DNA of 63,871 bases, counting the filler, from Octopus bimaculoides (lineage: Eukaryota): the NCBI RefSeq assembly GCF_001194135.2. It is 4 parts of 4 records of this genome, joined end to end, with 100 filler letters (N's around TTAATTAATTAA, not from the genome) between each part and the next. Parts side by side here need not be neighbours in the genome. Positions count along the whole stretch, not along the records: positions 1 to 24,857 come from NC_069008.1; 3 more parts are not named here. One strand, written 5' to 3'. A program made the translations under genes and the position numbers. The notes under the pieces were generated by a model, which worked only from the letters and a program-made list of their open reading frames with translations, ran no database searches and was not told the DNA's origin. Positions 11,974-23,278 of the stretch are shown here, one piece after another (the first letter of the stretch is position 1; every line of letters starts with the position of its first letter).

Positions 11974-13557
11974 CTAATTTTTTCTTTTCTCTCCTATATG
12001 GATAGATTTGTGTCTAGTTAATTCACTACGTTTAGAGAATGATTTACTACAGATATTACAGTATTGTTTCCCTCCCATATGAATATGTTTGTGTTTAGTT
12101 AAGACACTACTATGAGAGAATGATTTACCACAGATGTCACACCGATATGGTTTCTCTCCTGTATGACTACGTTTGTGTCCAGTTAAGTGAATACTTTGAG
12201 AAAATGATTTACCACAGATATCACAGGGAAATGGTTTCTCCCCTGTGTGAATACGTTTGTGCTTTGCTAAGTTACTATTATGAGAGAATGATTTACCACA
12301 GATATGACAGTGATATGGTTTCTCTCCTGTATGAATACGTATGTGTTCAGTTAAGTGAATACTTTGAGAGAATGATTTACCACAGACATCACACTGATAT
12401 GGCTTCTCTCCTGTATGAATACATTGGTGTGTAGTCAAGATACTATTATGAGAGAATGATTTACCACAGACATCACAGCGATATGGCTTCTCTCCTGTAT
12501 GAACACGTTTGTGTTTAGTTAAGACACTATTCTGAGAGAATGATATACCACAGATATCACACTGATATGGCTTCTCTCCTGTATGAATACGTTTGTGTTT
12601 TGTTAAGGCAGTATTTTCAGAGAAAGATCTACCACAAGTATCACAATAATATGGCTTCTCTCCTGTATGAGTACGTTTATGTGCAGTAACACTACTACGG
12701 TTAGTGAATGATTTATCACAGATATCACAGTCATTTGGTTCCTCTCCTGAATGAATATGTTTGAGTCTAGTTCTCCCAATATTTGCTGTGTATGGTTTAC
12801 CACAAATATCAAAGTGATGTGGTTTCTCTCCTGTATGAGTACGTTTGTGTTTAGTTAAGACACTTTTTGAAGAGAATGATTTACCACAGATATCACAGTG
12901 ATATGGTCTCTCTCCTGTATGAACACGCATGTGTATAATTAAGGCACTATTATGGGGGTATGATATACCACAGATATCACACTGATATGGCTTTTCTCCT
13001 GTATGAAAGCGATTGTGTTTTGTTAAGGCAGTATTTTCAGAGAATGATTTACCACAGATATCACACTGATATGGCTTCTCTCCCGTATGAATACGTATGT
13101 GTGTAGATAAGTGACCACTTTGAGAGAATGATTTACCACAGATATCACACTGATATGGTCTCTCTCCTGTATGAATACGTTTGTGTCCAGTTAAGTGAAT
13201 ATTTTGAGAGAAGGATTTACCACAAACATCACAGTGATATGGTTTCTCTCCTGCATGAATACGTTTGTGTCCAGTTAGGTGAATACTTTGAGAAAAGGAT
13301 TTACCACAGACATCACAGTGATATGGCTTCTCTCCTGTATGAATACGTTTGTGTGTAGTTAAGGCACTATTATGAGAGAATGATTTACCACAGACATCAC
13401 AGTGATAAGGCTTCTCTCCTGTATGAATACGTTTGTGCTTAAGTAGGTCACTTTCTTCAAGGCAGGACTTTGTACAGATATCACAGTCATATGATTTCAT
13501 CTTGTTTATTACGTGTTCAGAGGAAATCAATTCTACAATCATCTCACTCTCTTCCAT
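11974..13557 (-). CDS. C2H2 zinc-finger protein (ZNF-B), 18 finger units (unit 9 degenerate), paralog of ZNF-A
   Basis: TGEKP-linked C2H2 array. The N-terminal leader is clearly homologous to ZNF-A ([15 protein letters not shown] vs [15 protein letters not shown]). The track start at 13578 is a TTG; the first ATG is at 13557. Confidence 0.93.
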   Translation of the reverse strand: MEESEMIVELISSEHVINKMKSYDCDICTKSCLEESDLLKHKRIHTGEKPYHCDVCGKSFSHNSALTTHKRIHTGEKPYHCDVCGKSFSQSIHLTGHKRIHAGEKPYHCDVCGKSFSQNIHLTGHKRIHTGERPYQCDICGKSFSQSGHLSTHIRIHTGEKPYQCDICGKSFSENTALTKHNRFHTGEKPYQCDICGISYPHNSALIIHMRVHTGERPYHCDICGKSFSSKSVLTKHKRTHTGEKPHHFDICGKPYTANIGRTRLKHIHSGEEPNDCDICDKSFTNRSSVTAHKRTHTGEKPYYCDTCGRSFSENTALTKHKRIHTGEKPYQCDICGISFSQNSVLTKHKRVHTGEKPYRCDVCGKSFSHNSILTTHQCIHTGEKPYQCDVCGKSFSQSIHLTEHIRIHTGEKPYHCHICGKSFSHNSNLAKHKRIHTGEKPFPCDICGKSFSQSIHLTGHKRSHTGEKPYRCDICGKSFSHSSVLTKHKHIHMGGKQYCNICSKSFSKRSELTRHKSIHIGEKRKN

Positions 13558-13819
13558 GATTTTTCCTCTCAAATCCAAGAATATATATTTTTCTTGCTTT
13601 TCTTTTTATACTTTAAGTCTTACAAATCTTTCTGTCTAGTGTTAACCTTTTGCAGCACTTTCATAAATTTATCCAACTTTAATTAGCACACAATCTCCTC
13701 CTCTTCACACACCAGTCAGGGATGTTCACAAATTTGGCTAATAATATTATGTCAGCGCACATGACTAATTTGGTTCATAAATGTTTCATAGGAATTCTTC
13801 CACATATTTGTAGAAACAA

Positions 13820-13970
13820 TGTGATACATCTGTTTCAGGTAATAATTTCGTTTAGTTTTTAAAAAATGCTAGACATGGAGGATGTTTCTTCTGTTATGTC
13901 AACGTTGTCTGATGTTCTGAAATTAGATAGAAACAACAGCGTAAGATGTAGAGGTTACTTAAAAAATACG
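13820..13970 (-). promoter_or_regulatory. Conserved splice acceptor and start of the ZNF-B terminal exon
   Basis: Same acceptor as ZNF-A (AG at 13918-13917), about 360 nt upstream of the ATG. All three frames after it contain stops, so this part is 5' UTR. Confidence 0.55.
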
Positions 13971-14036
13971 CAATCAAAACTAGAGTATTCCTTGAAACTG
14001 CTGGCCTTGTGCCAAAATTTGAAGCCAATACTTATA

Positions 14037-14068
<32 letters not shown>

Positions 14069-15559
14069 CAAAATAGTGTACGAATTTATGCACAAATAAG
14101 GTGACATTTAACAGGACACCTTACATGCTAGAGAGGGCAGTTAAAGCCCCCAAAAAGAGTAATTTCAAAGGGAATGAAAAATAACAATATTTCTATAGTT
14201 ACCCCTAGACTCGCGTTAATGCGCAAATATATTAATTTGCCATCAATGCTTGTGTGTGTGTATATATAAAGCAGAAATATATATATTTATATATTGAATT
14301 ACGGAAAAATTTGGATAAGTACTGTTTTTCACTTTGCTAAAGATTTTCTACTATTTGAAAATAATATGTATTCTTGTTTTTTATACTATTCATTTGGTTC
14401 TTTATAGATTATTTTAATAGATACCTTATTTAACACTAAATTATTTAGAAGTTATAGTTTCATTTCAACATAATATTAGAACTTCGATTTGAATAGTGTT
14501 GATATATTTTTGATTATTTTTGATTAATAATATTTGATTAATTATTAATCTTTATAGTTTATAATATCGTTAAAGTTTTTTTTTAAATCAAAACTTTGTA
14601 TATATATATAAATTTATATAATTAAGGATAAGATTGTTATTTAAAATACCAATCATATCAAGTGGCCAGCATGGGAATNNNNNNNNNNNNNNNNNNNNNN
14701 NNNNNNNNNNNNNNNNNNNNNNNNNNNNNNNNNNNNNNNNNNNNNNNNNNNNNNNNNNNNNNNNNNNNNNNNNNNNNNNNNNNNNNNNNNNNNNNNNNNN
14801 NNNNNNNNNNNNNNNNNNNNNNNNNNNNNNNNNNNNNNNNNNNNNNNNNNNNNTTTTAATAATTTTTCTATCTTTATATAATAAGTAGTTCATATTAATT
14901 CATTTGGTACTTATTGTTGGTTGAGATATATATATCTAATTATTGTTCTACTTACGATCTGACGAGTAGCTATATTTTTGAATAGAATTTATTTTCGATA
15001 ATTTCAATTGATTTTAATCGATTTAAATTACTTTTCTATTTGAAAATTAGTTATGAAACACGTGTAATCTTTTTATTATATTTATATTATGATATTTACT
15101 TTACTTTATATTATACTCATTTATTGTGCTTTTAATTATTAATTTTTCTATATGTGATAGTGGATTTTCATCGATGAGTTCTTGAAAATTGGTTATTTTC
15201 CCTAAAACTATATATATATAAATTTATATAATTAAGGATAAGATTGTTATTTAAAATACCAATCATATCAAGTGGCCAGCATGGGAATAAAAACCTCATA
15301 GGTAATAATTATTATTAAAATTATAATTAAGGGTATCTAAAAGATATAGCAGATAGATATAGCGGTTATAGCAGTCAAAACTTGACACTAAAACCACATC
15401 AAGTATTCATACAGCATCAGGAGACAAAATGAACTAGCAAAAAATGATTTTTTTAAGGTTTAAAGTAATCTGCAAATAAAAATATTAGAATGTAAAAAAA
15501 TTATTATTTCAAGTATTGAAAAGAACCCTTTTCTATTCGTTACAACATGCAACGTCTAA

Positions 15560-16050
15560 TATGCCATGTCTGATCTAAACTTATTTTAAAAGATTAAAAT
15601 CGATACAAATTTAATGTTTAAGGTTTAAAGTAATCTGCAAATAAAAATATTAGAATGTAAAGAAAATAATATTTATTTCAAGTATTGAAAAGAACCGTGA
15701 AATAGGTCATGTGAAAAATGCAGAGGATTACTACTATGTGATTATAATTATTTTCTGGGAAACAAAAACCATATCCTGAAAATGAATAATTAGAGACAAT
15801 TCACAGTAATTAAATGGTTAATTACTATTTTTAATTTGAATACTTTCCCAGTTTTTCATCAAGTGCAAAATTGAGATGCATTTAATAAGGGCCAAAATGA
15901 CTACCACTGTCTGATTCTCTCTTTCTTTCTCTCTCTGTGTATACATGTATATTAAAAATTTGCTTCTCAATCGCATACTACCGAGTTCAAACCCACTTCG
16001 TGATATTTTGGGCAAGTGACTCCTCGTATAGCTCCAGGCAGAACAAAGCT
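15560..16050 (+). repeat. ~480-bp dispersed duplication (copy 2): AT-rich sequence plus an old SINE head
   Basis: Closely similar to 17820-18290 and, over its 3' part, to 1645-1935. Confidence 0.85.
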
Positions 16051-17819
16051 TTGTGAGTGGATGGATTCAAGAGTAGTAGGGCCCTGGTTTGGAAGATCAA
16101 CATGGTTGAAGGGAACGGAGCCACATCTTAGCCACTGTCGTTCTTGCGTCTCCTCTGATATGGTGAAGTGTCTCCTGTCAGGACTCCCAGCCATGGGTTA
16201 AATAGCACGTCACGGAATTGTCTTTGAAAGGTTACTTGCAGACACCGCACCAAACACAGGGCATCTGAACCCCGTCCCCTCATCGAAGAGAAGATAACTC
16301 CGTACAAAAGCTGAATTCCGATAACTACTGGGTTGGTGGCAGTTGTTGTCCGAGACCAAGAAAGAGTGGGACTGGCTGTGCAGAAAGCAGGTAAACCATT
16401 CCATCAATATTCATCGTATAGGTTGTTCCACCAAGCAAGACATCGGCACCAACACCGTTCTACTTTCTTCATAAATCCATTGGCAACAGAGAAAGGAGGC
16501 GGAGGGAATTGAGAGGGGATGTCAGGGAAAGTTTTCGGCTTTCACCCGGCACCCTGGCAAACCTAGGGTGGGAGATCGTTAAAAATCATTGCTTTGCTCT
16601 GTATTGCTGAAACCTCATTGGCTGTGGTGATAATGATGATGATGACGATGATGATCATGATACATACATGCATGTTCGACCGTGTGACGCGTTAAATATT
16701 GTCTGATTTAAGAAGCCACATCAGATGCCATGAAAGTGCTAAGGTGTAGGTACAGGAGGTGGTCAAACTCTGTGTAAGGAGTAGACAACCACCGTATGTA
16801 TCAGGTTGTCCGGAAAGTTTGTGCCGATTTTTAAAGGAAAGAAAAAGGTCAATAAATACTTGCCATTACATTTTTAATCAACCAAATATGAACCATTTTG
16901 TTGCACAATGCGTCTCCATCTTTCTTTTAACTTGAAAATACCCTCTTCCCAGAATTGAGGTGGTTTCATGGCAAATAAGTCGAAAGGTAAGCTACTATAA
17001 ATCGACACGAATATACACATACCCACACAAATAAAAACATATGTACACATACATACTCATATGCACACATACATACACTCATATAAACAAGTACATACAT
17101 ATATATACCCACATATACACAAACATGAAGCTAGAAAGAAGCACAGCTGGTGCATTTCAAAATGGGAAACACACAAATACTTCTTTATTCTTAATTGATA
17201 TATTTAATCAATAAAATATTTCTTCCCATTATTGATAAAAGAATCTCATCTATTTTGGAAATTGCCGACCCCTTCATGATAGATAATACCTTCGACATTC
17301 CATCAAACACAAAGCACAACTTTCTTTAGTCTGAGACACTAACTTGGGAATAGATTGTCTATATTTATTGTCATTCTTGTTGGAAATAACGACAGAGGAG
17401 GACCCGCTTTTCAACAGTTGCGATGATTCTACCAAAGAAAGATTTGATAACAAGTCTACTCTTCAATGACAAGCAGAGGTTAGCAACTCTTTGATGAAGC
17501 TGAGAAACAGTCACATGATGAGGGATCCACAGTCTGAATTCAAACACTTTTTCCCCAGTTCATGAAGGTGTTTTATGATGGAAATGTGACTTCAGTTGAA
17601 CTGCTTGGCTTAATCTTTTGAAGTTTACTTTGAATTTTGCTCATCCGAGTTCGATATTGATAGAACTTGATCAGCTAGATCAAGGGAAATCTGCGGGAGA
17701 AATCTTTCCTGGGCGAAACTGGAATGTCCAGGCAACTTACAACATTGTTTCCATGGACAGAACAACGAATATTTCTTGCTGCTTCCATTGCTAAAGGGCT
17801 CCTTTTTTATTTGTACAGC

Positions 17820-18290
17820 ATGCAATGTCTAATCTAAACTCATTTAAAAAGATTAAAATCAATACAAATTTAACGTTTAAGGTTTAAAGTAATCTGCAAA
17901 TAAAAATGTTAGAATGTAAAGAAAATAATATTTATTTCAAGTATTGAAAAGAACCGTGAAATAGGTCATTGTGAAAAATGCAGAGGATTACTTTGTGATA
18001 GTAATTATTTTCTGGGAAACAAAAACCATATCCTGAAAATGAATAATTAGAGACAATTCACAGTAATTAAATGGTTAATTGCTATTTTTAATTTGAATAC
18101 TTTCCCAGTTTATCATCAAGTGCAAAATTGAGATGCATTTAATAAGGGCCAAATGACTACCATTGTCTGCTTCTCTCTTTCTCTCTATACATACATATTA
18201 AAAATTTGCTTCTCAATCGCATGCTACAGAGTTCAAACCCACTACCTGATATTTTGGGCAAATGACTCCTCGTATAGCTCCAGGCAGAAA
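17820..18290 (+). repeat. ~480-bp dispersed duplication (copy 3)
   Basis: Direct repeat of 15560-16050. Confidence 0.85.
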
Positions 18291-18496
18291 CAGTAGAACA
18301 ATTAACAACATAATAAAAATAAGTTTTATTTTTGGTGATGCTTGGTTTTACAAATCCTGTTAGTCAGCTTAGCTGCTGGTTAAATTGTATTCAACATTGG
18401 AAGGTTAGAAGCTTCGTTGGGGCATGCCAAAGGAGCAAGTAGTTGTCATGTTGAAACTAAAGAGGCTTAGAAAGCGCGTTAAGTACTGGTTTTACT

Positions 18497-18595
18497 ACGC
18501 ATGCGCACTCGAGGGGCTTCCGGGAAGGCAAGTCCCTTGCGCATGCATGGGTTGTACTTCCTTAATGGCGGCCGTAATTTCGCGCCACTACAACT
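18497..18595. promoter_or_regulatory. CpG-rich candidate promoter with NRF1-, ETS- and YY1-like motifs
   Basis: ACGCATGCGCA (18497), CTTCCGG (18517), TGCGCATGCA (18538), AATGGCGGC (18564) and ACTACAA (18587) cluster within 100 bp in AT-rich DNA. Confidence 0.5.
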
Positions 18596-18699
18596 TAAAT
18601 CTTTACAAACTCGATCAATCTGTAACTAAATCTGGATTTAATTTCATTTCATACAAACTTTGCTATCAATTACGGATAATTGCAAACACAACTTATTTA

Positions 18700-19071
18700 T
18701 GTGTACGGATCTATTTCAAAACAGGGGCACCAGTATTTTCTTAACGAAACACTTTGAAACTTGGGACACTGGTAGAATGTGTCATATAAAACATCTTTTA
18801 CTCTTAGTCTTCTTAACAAAAAAAAAAAAGGAATTCGCAAGTTATTCCATGTTAAAGTTGTCGTATTTCTGTAATTTCAACCAATCACTGACGTCTATTC
18901 AGCTGAATAGAGTTACTGCTGGGCGGTCATAAAAATGTTATTCCCTGTGACATACTTCATCCGGTTTAATCGTAATTTATACGCATATATTGTTTATATA
19001 ATAAATTACGCTGTGCGTATCTATGTGTGTAACAATTTTAGAGTTCGGATTCTAGAGTTAGGGGTTGGGTT
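18700..19071. mobile_element. Second copy of the 9430-10100 element
   Basis: Shares aaacacttt..aa.tt.....actg.tagaatgtgtcat, gtaatttcaaccaatca.tgacgtctatt and a ttagagttagggg tract, then runs into a gap. Confidence 0.5.
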
Positions 19072-20087
19072 NNNNNNNNNNNNNNNNNNNNNNNNNNNNN
19101 NNNNNNNNNNNNNNNNNNNNNNNNNNNNNNNNNNNNNNNNNNNNNNNNNNNNNNNNNNNNNNNNNNNNNNNNNNNNNNNNNNNNNNNNNNNNNNNNNNNN
19201 NNNNNNNNNNNNNNNNNNNNNNNNNNNNNNNNNNNNNNNNNNNNNNNNNNNNNNNNNNNNNNNNNNNNNNNNNNNNNNNNNNNNNNNNNNNNNNNNNNNN
19301 NNNNNNNNNNNNNNNNNNNNNNNNNNNNNNNNNAAAAACTTCTGAAAGTTAAAATTTTTTTCCCCAGATTCGTAAATCACTCTTTTTCTATGTTAATTAA
19401 AAAAAAATTCGAAAAAAAAGTTACAAATTAAAAAAATATTTTGAAAACGTAATTTTGGGGCACTATATATATATATATATGTATGTGTGTATATATTTGT
19501 GTCTGTGTTTGTCCCCCCACCATCGCTTGACAACCGATGCTGGTGTAATTACGTCCCCGTAACTTAGCGGTTCGGCAAAAAGAGAACGATAGAATAAGTA
19601 CTAGGTTTACAAAGAATACGTCCTCGCGTCGATTTGTTCGACCAAACGCGGTGCTCCAGCAAGGCCGCAGTCAAATGACAAACAAGTAAAAGGGTAAAAG
19701 AGAGTATCCATTTATCTGGAATTTATGAGGTAACGAGTCGGTGTGAGGGGTACACAACTAGTTGTTCCGCGCGCGCGCATGCCTATGGATGTGTGTCTTT
19801 GTTTTCGCCGTATGCCCCACTCCATCAATTTGTTCACACTCCCTACCTTCGCTGCTCGAGAAAGTTACGACCAAAGAAATGAGACTTGCACGTGCCTAAT
19901 TAATTACATATCATTGCAGGGTATTCCGGGATTTCTAGAAGCCGGATAAGATGTCCGCTACTGTGTGTATATAGATAGATATGTATGTATATCTTACCTG
20001 TTATAATATAATACAAATCAATAATTAGTGTGAAAATAGATTTGATTTCACCAAATTTCCCTCAAAAGATACAAAACACGTTTTGTT

Positions 20088-20156
20088 CTCGCCATCTACA
20101 ATGCTTGCAACGGAAGCGGAAGTAAAGAGTGCCAAGGGACAAGACTACAGTCGCCA
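20088..20156. promoter_or_regulatory. Candidate promoter: tandem ETS (GABP-type) site with YY1-like and ZNF143-like motifs
   Basis: CGCCATCT (20090), CGGAAGCGGAAGT (20111-20123) and ACTACAGTCGCC (20144). GCGCGCATGC lies nearby at about 19773. Confidence 0.45.
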
Positions 20157-22726
20157 CTCTCTAGTAAATAAAAGCAAAAAAATGTAATATTTTGATGTAA
20201 ATAAACAAAGCTACCATGGTTATCATCTGGCTATGATAAACGAGTTTTCATAATTGTGAACAAGTGATTTAATGGTGATGGTGGTGCTATGGCCTTGTCG
20301 GAGATGAAGGAATTAGTTTTGTGGGCGATCCTTCGATACTAGTCCACCACAACTTCCGGTATCTCCTCCCTATACTGATTACAGGATCGTATAGTGCGTT
20401 TATGAGTTTAAAGTTTCAGTTCGGCTGGCACCTTACTCACTCGCACCTTGGCCACACGTTTACCGCAGTACGAAGGCAAGAGCACCCATACCTCTGTCCA
20501 TATTGCCTCTGTGGAGTGCTTTATTGCTTCCTCCTCCGCTGTGAAGCGCACCTCTACAGTGGCATATCTCCACCCTCTACTGATTACATGATCGTATAGT
20601 GTGTTTATGTGGTGAGGGACAGTGGTGCCATGCAACCACTAAAATAACGCGATGCAGAATGGTTGGTTGTCCATTCAATGGCAAAATTACGGTATCAGTA
20701 CCGTTACTGTCAAACTGGAGCACGTACTTTTGTTTATATTGGAAGAAGAAGATCGTCGCTTTCCGTAAAATTTAAAAAAAAATTTTATATATGTGGTGGG
20801 GGTGGGTGGTATCTTTTCAAGTCGGTGTAAAAGCGAGACAAAGAGAAAGCAATTGGATCGGTGAAGTTCTTTTGAAGTTGGCCATCCATGTGTGTATGCA
20901 TGTGTGTGTGTATGAGTGCTACAATTTTGTTCCTGCTGCCAACTTTCTCTTTCTCTCGGTTAATTTTTTTTATGGTTGTTGGCGATTTTATGATCAGATT
21001 CAAAGATACGTTTTTTATTAATGCTTTTTCGTTGATATTAATTGTTTTGAAATGTGTTATACAAATACAGGCCTGTGATTCAATTCTTGTTAGTATGAAC
21101 CAGGAAGCCCTTGGATGCAGAGACGTTTGAAACTTAAAACCTTTCCTTTTGCACACACACACGCCTGTACACACAAACACAGATACACAAGCATACGTAC
21201 ACACCCACACACACACTCAGTGACGCACAAGCACAGACAGAATATTGCACACACGCACACACACGCACACACACGCCTGTACACCCAAGCACGCACACAC
21301 ACACACACATCAATTCTACCGATTCACGACAACTTCAAAAGAACTACTTTTATACAATCGCGCTCGCTCTATCTCTTTCACTTTCATGCCGACTTCAAAA
21401 CTTCCCTTTTCTCGCAACCCCATATGTAAAAATATTAAAAAAACAAACAAAACAATTATGGAAATCGACAATCATCTTCACAAATGTAAATAAACACGCT
21501 AGCAGTCGAGTGTTCTTGTAACAAAAGATCGCCGCATTCTAATACTAAGATGTAATGATGTCAGAAATATTCCGCTGCTATTTTAGCAGGTTCAGTGACT
21601 ATGCGAAGACACTCTTGTTGAGACGTAATNNNNNNNNNNNNNNNNNNNNNNNNNNNNNNNNNNNNNNNNNNNNNNNNNNNNNNNNNNNNNNNNNNNNNNN
21701 NNNNNNNNNNNNNNNNNNNNNNNNNNNNNNNNNNNNNNNNNNNNNNNNNNNNNNNNNNNNNNNNNNNNNNNNNNNNNNNNNNNNNNNNNNNNNNNNNNNN
21801 NNNNNNNNNNNNNNNNNNNNNNNNNNNNNNNNNNNNNNNNNNNNNNNNNNNNNNNNNNNNNNNNNNNNNNNNNNNNNNNNNNNNNNNNNNNNNNNNNNNN
21901 NNNNNNNNNNNNNNNNNNNNNNNNNNNNNNNNNNNNNNNNNNNNNNNNNNNNNNNNNNNNNNNNNNNNNNNNNNNNNNNNNNNNNNNNNNNNNNNNNNNN
22001 NNNNNNNNNNNNNNNNNNNNNNNNNNNNNNNNNNNNNNNNNNNNNNNNNNNNNNNNNNNNNNNNNNNNNNNNNNNNNNNNNNNNNNNNNNNNNNNNNNNN
22101 NNNNNNNNNNNNNNNNNNNNNNNNNNNNNNNNNNNNNNNNNNNNNNNNNNNNNNNNNCATATTTCATTTGGACCTTAGATCGAAAGCACGAATTATTTGT
22201 ATGGCTGTTGTAGCAAATATTGTACGGAGAAAACAAACTTGATTTCAAGAACGGATCCTGGTCAACAAGTATTCTAATGGTAAGTAAAAAAATATATCTA
22301 CATAACATCTGTTCCACACTTGTGAACGGAGGTCTGTGATATCTAAGACAAGAAACTGAACCATAGGAGATTAGTCTATATTTACAGACATTTGTCAGCT
22401 TTTTAAGTATTCCTGAAGACAAGGAGTAAGACCTCCCTCACAACGGTTTTCTTCTTAGGAATCGATATTTCCACTTTTCTCACCCGATTTGTGTAATTTT
22501 CTTTTGAGTCCTTTAATCGTTTAATAATACATATTTTGTCAGTAAATTTACGGCATAACAACAGAGATATGCCCCGGCGATTTTTGTTTCCTTGTGAAAA
22601 ATAAAAGTGGTGGTGGTGCAAAATTAGTAACTGGGGCAAAATGACTGACGGCTAATTTGTTCCCGACCTGTTTGATGTCATTATATTACAAGTATTACAT
22701 CATCATCTTGTATACTTCATCTTTAG

Positions 22727-22796
22727 ATCTAAAGTTTTCGTCAGCATAGTTGGTGAAGTTAGGGAATCCGAAACATTTCACCCAATGTTATATGAT
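22727..22796 (+). other. Candidate non-coding 5' exon of ZNF-C
   Basis: Acceptor cttcatctttAG ends at 22726 and donor GTAAGT starts at 22797. An 87-nt intron ends at the pyrimidine-rich acceptor tttcttttatcatttcAG (22883), about 395 nt upstream of the ATG. Confidence 0.5.
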
Positions 22797-23278
22797 GTAA
22801 GTTGTTAATTAATAAAGAAATGTTGTAACGTTTCCATTTTAATCTCTCCTCTATATCTAATACTGTTTCTTTTATCATTTCAGATTACCAGAGGACATTG
22901 GCATGAAAGAAATTCTCTTTTATAACGAATACTTCTTCAACATTTTTCGTCTTTTAAAGTCTTGAAGAAAAAGGTTATACAGAACACATCTAAGCCTATT
23001 TCCATAAATCTCTGGTAGAAATTCTATGAAATGTTTGCTCTGAACTGAGATTAGTAGCAACATTTTTCTACCTCAATATCTGATGCTTTGCATTCTCGTT
23101 ACTCTTTGATGACTTTCTAAATTTATAGCATCTTTAGATATCAGTGAAGTTCGCAATTGATCGCATTGAATATATTTGTAAGGAATAAACTATAACAAGA
23201 AGAAGGAGAAAGATAGGGGTAAAAATTTAATGTGGTAAGAAACATCAAGGATTGGGTCTATTTTCATCCATCTAAAAG

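Noticed and set aside
14598-14678. 80-bp exact duplicate of 15209-15288
   Set aside because: It abuts a gap and is probably an assembly overlap; 30547-30614 is a similar case.
14290-15350. Possible nuclear copy of mitochondrial DNA
   Set aside because: Translation with the invertebrate mitochondrial code gave frequent TAA/TAG stops and no recognisable cox/cob/nad/atp motif.
15560-18290. LTR retrotransposon interpretation of the direct repeats
   Set aside because: No clean TG...CA ends, primer-binding site, polypurine tract or gag/pol ORF, and the repeat ends inside a SINE head.
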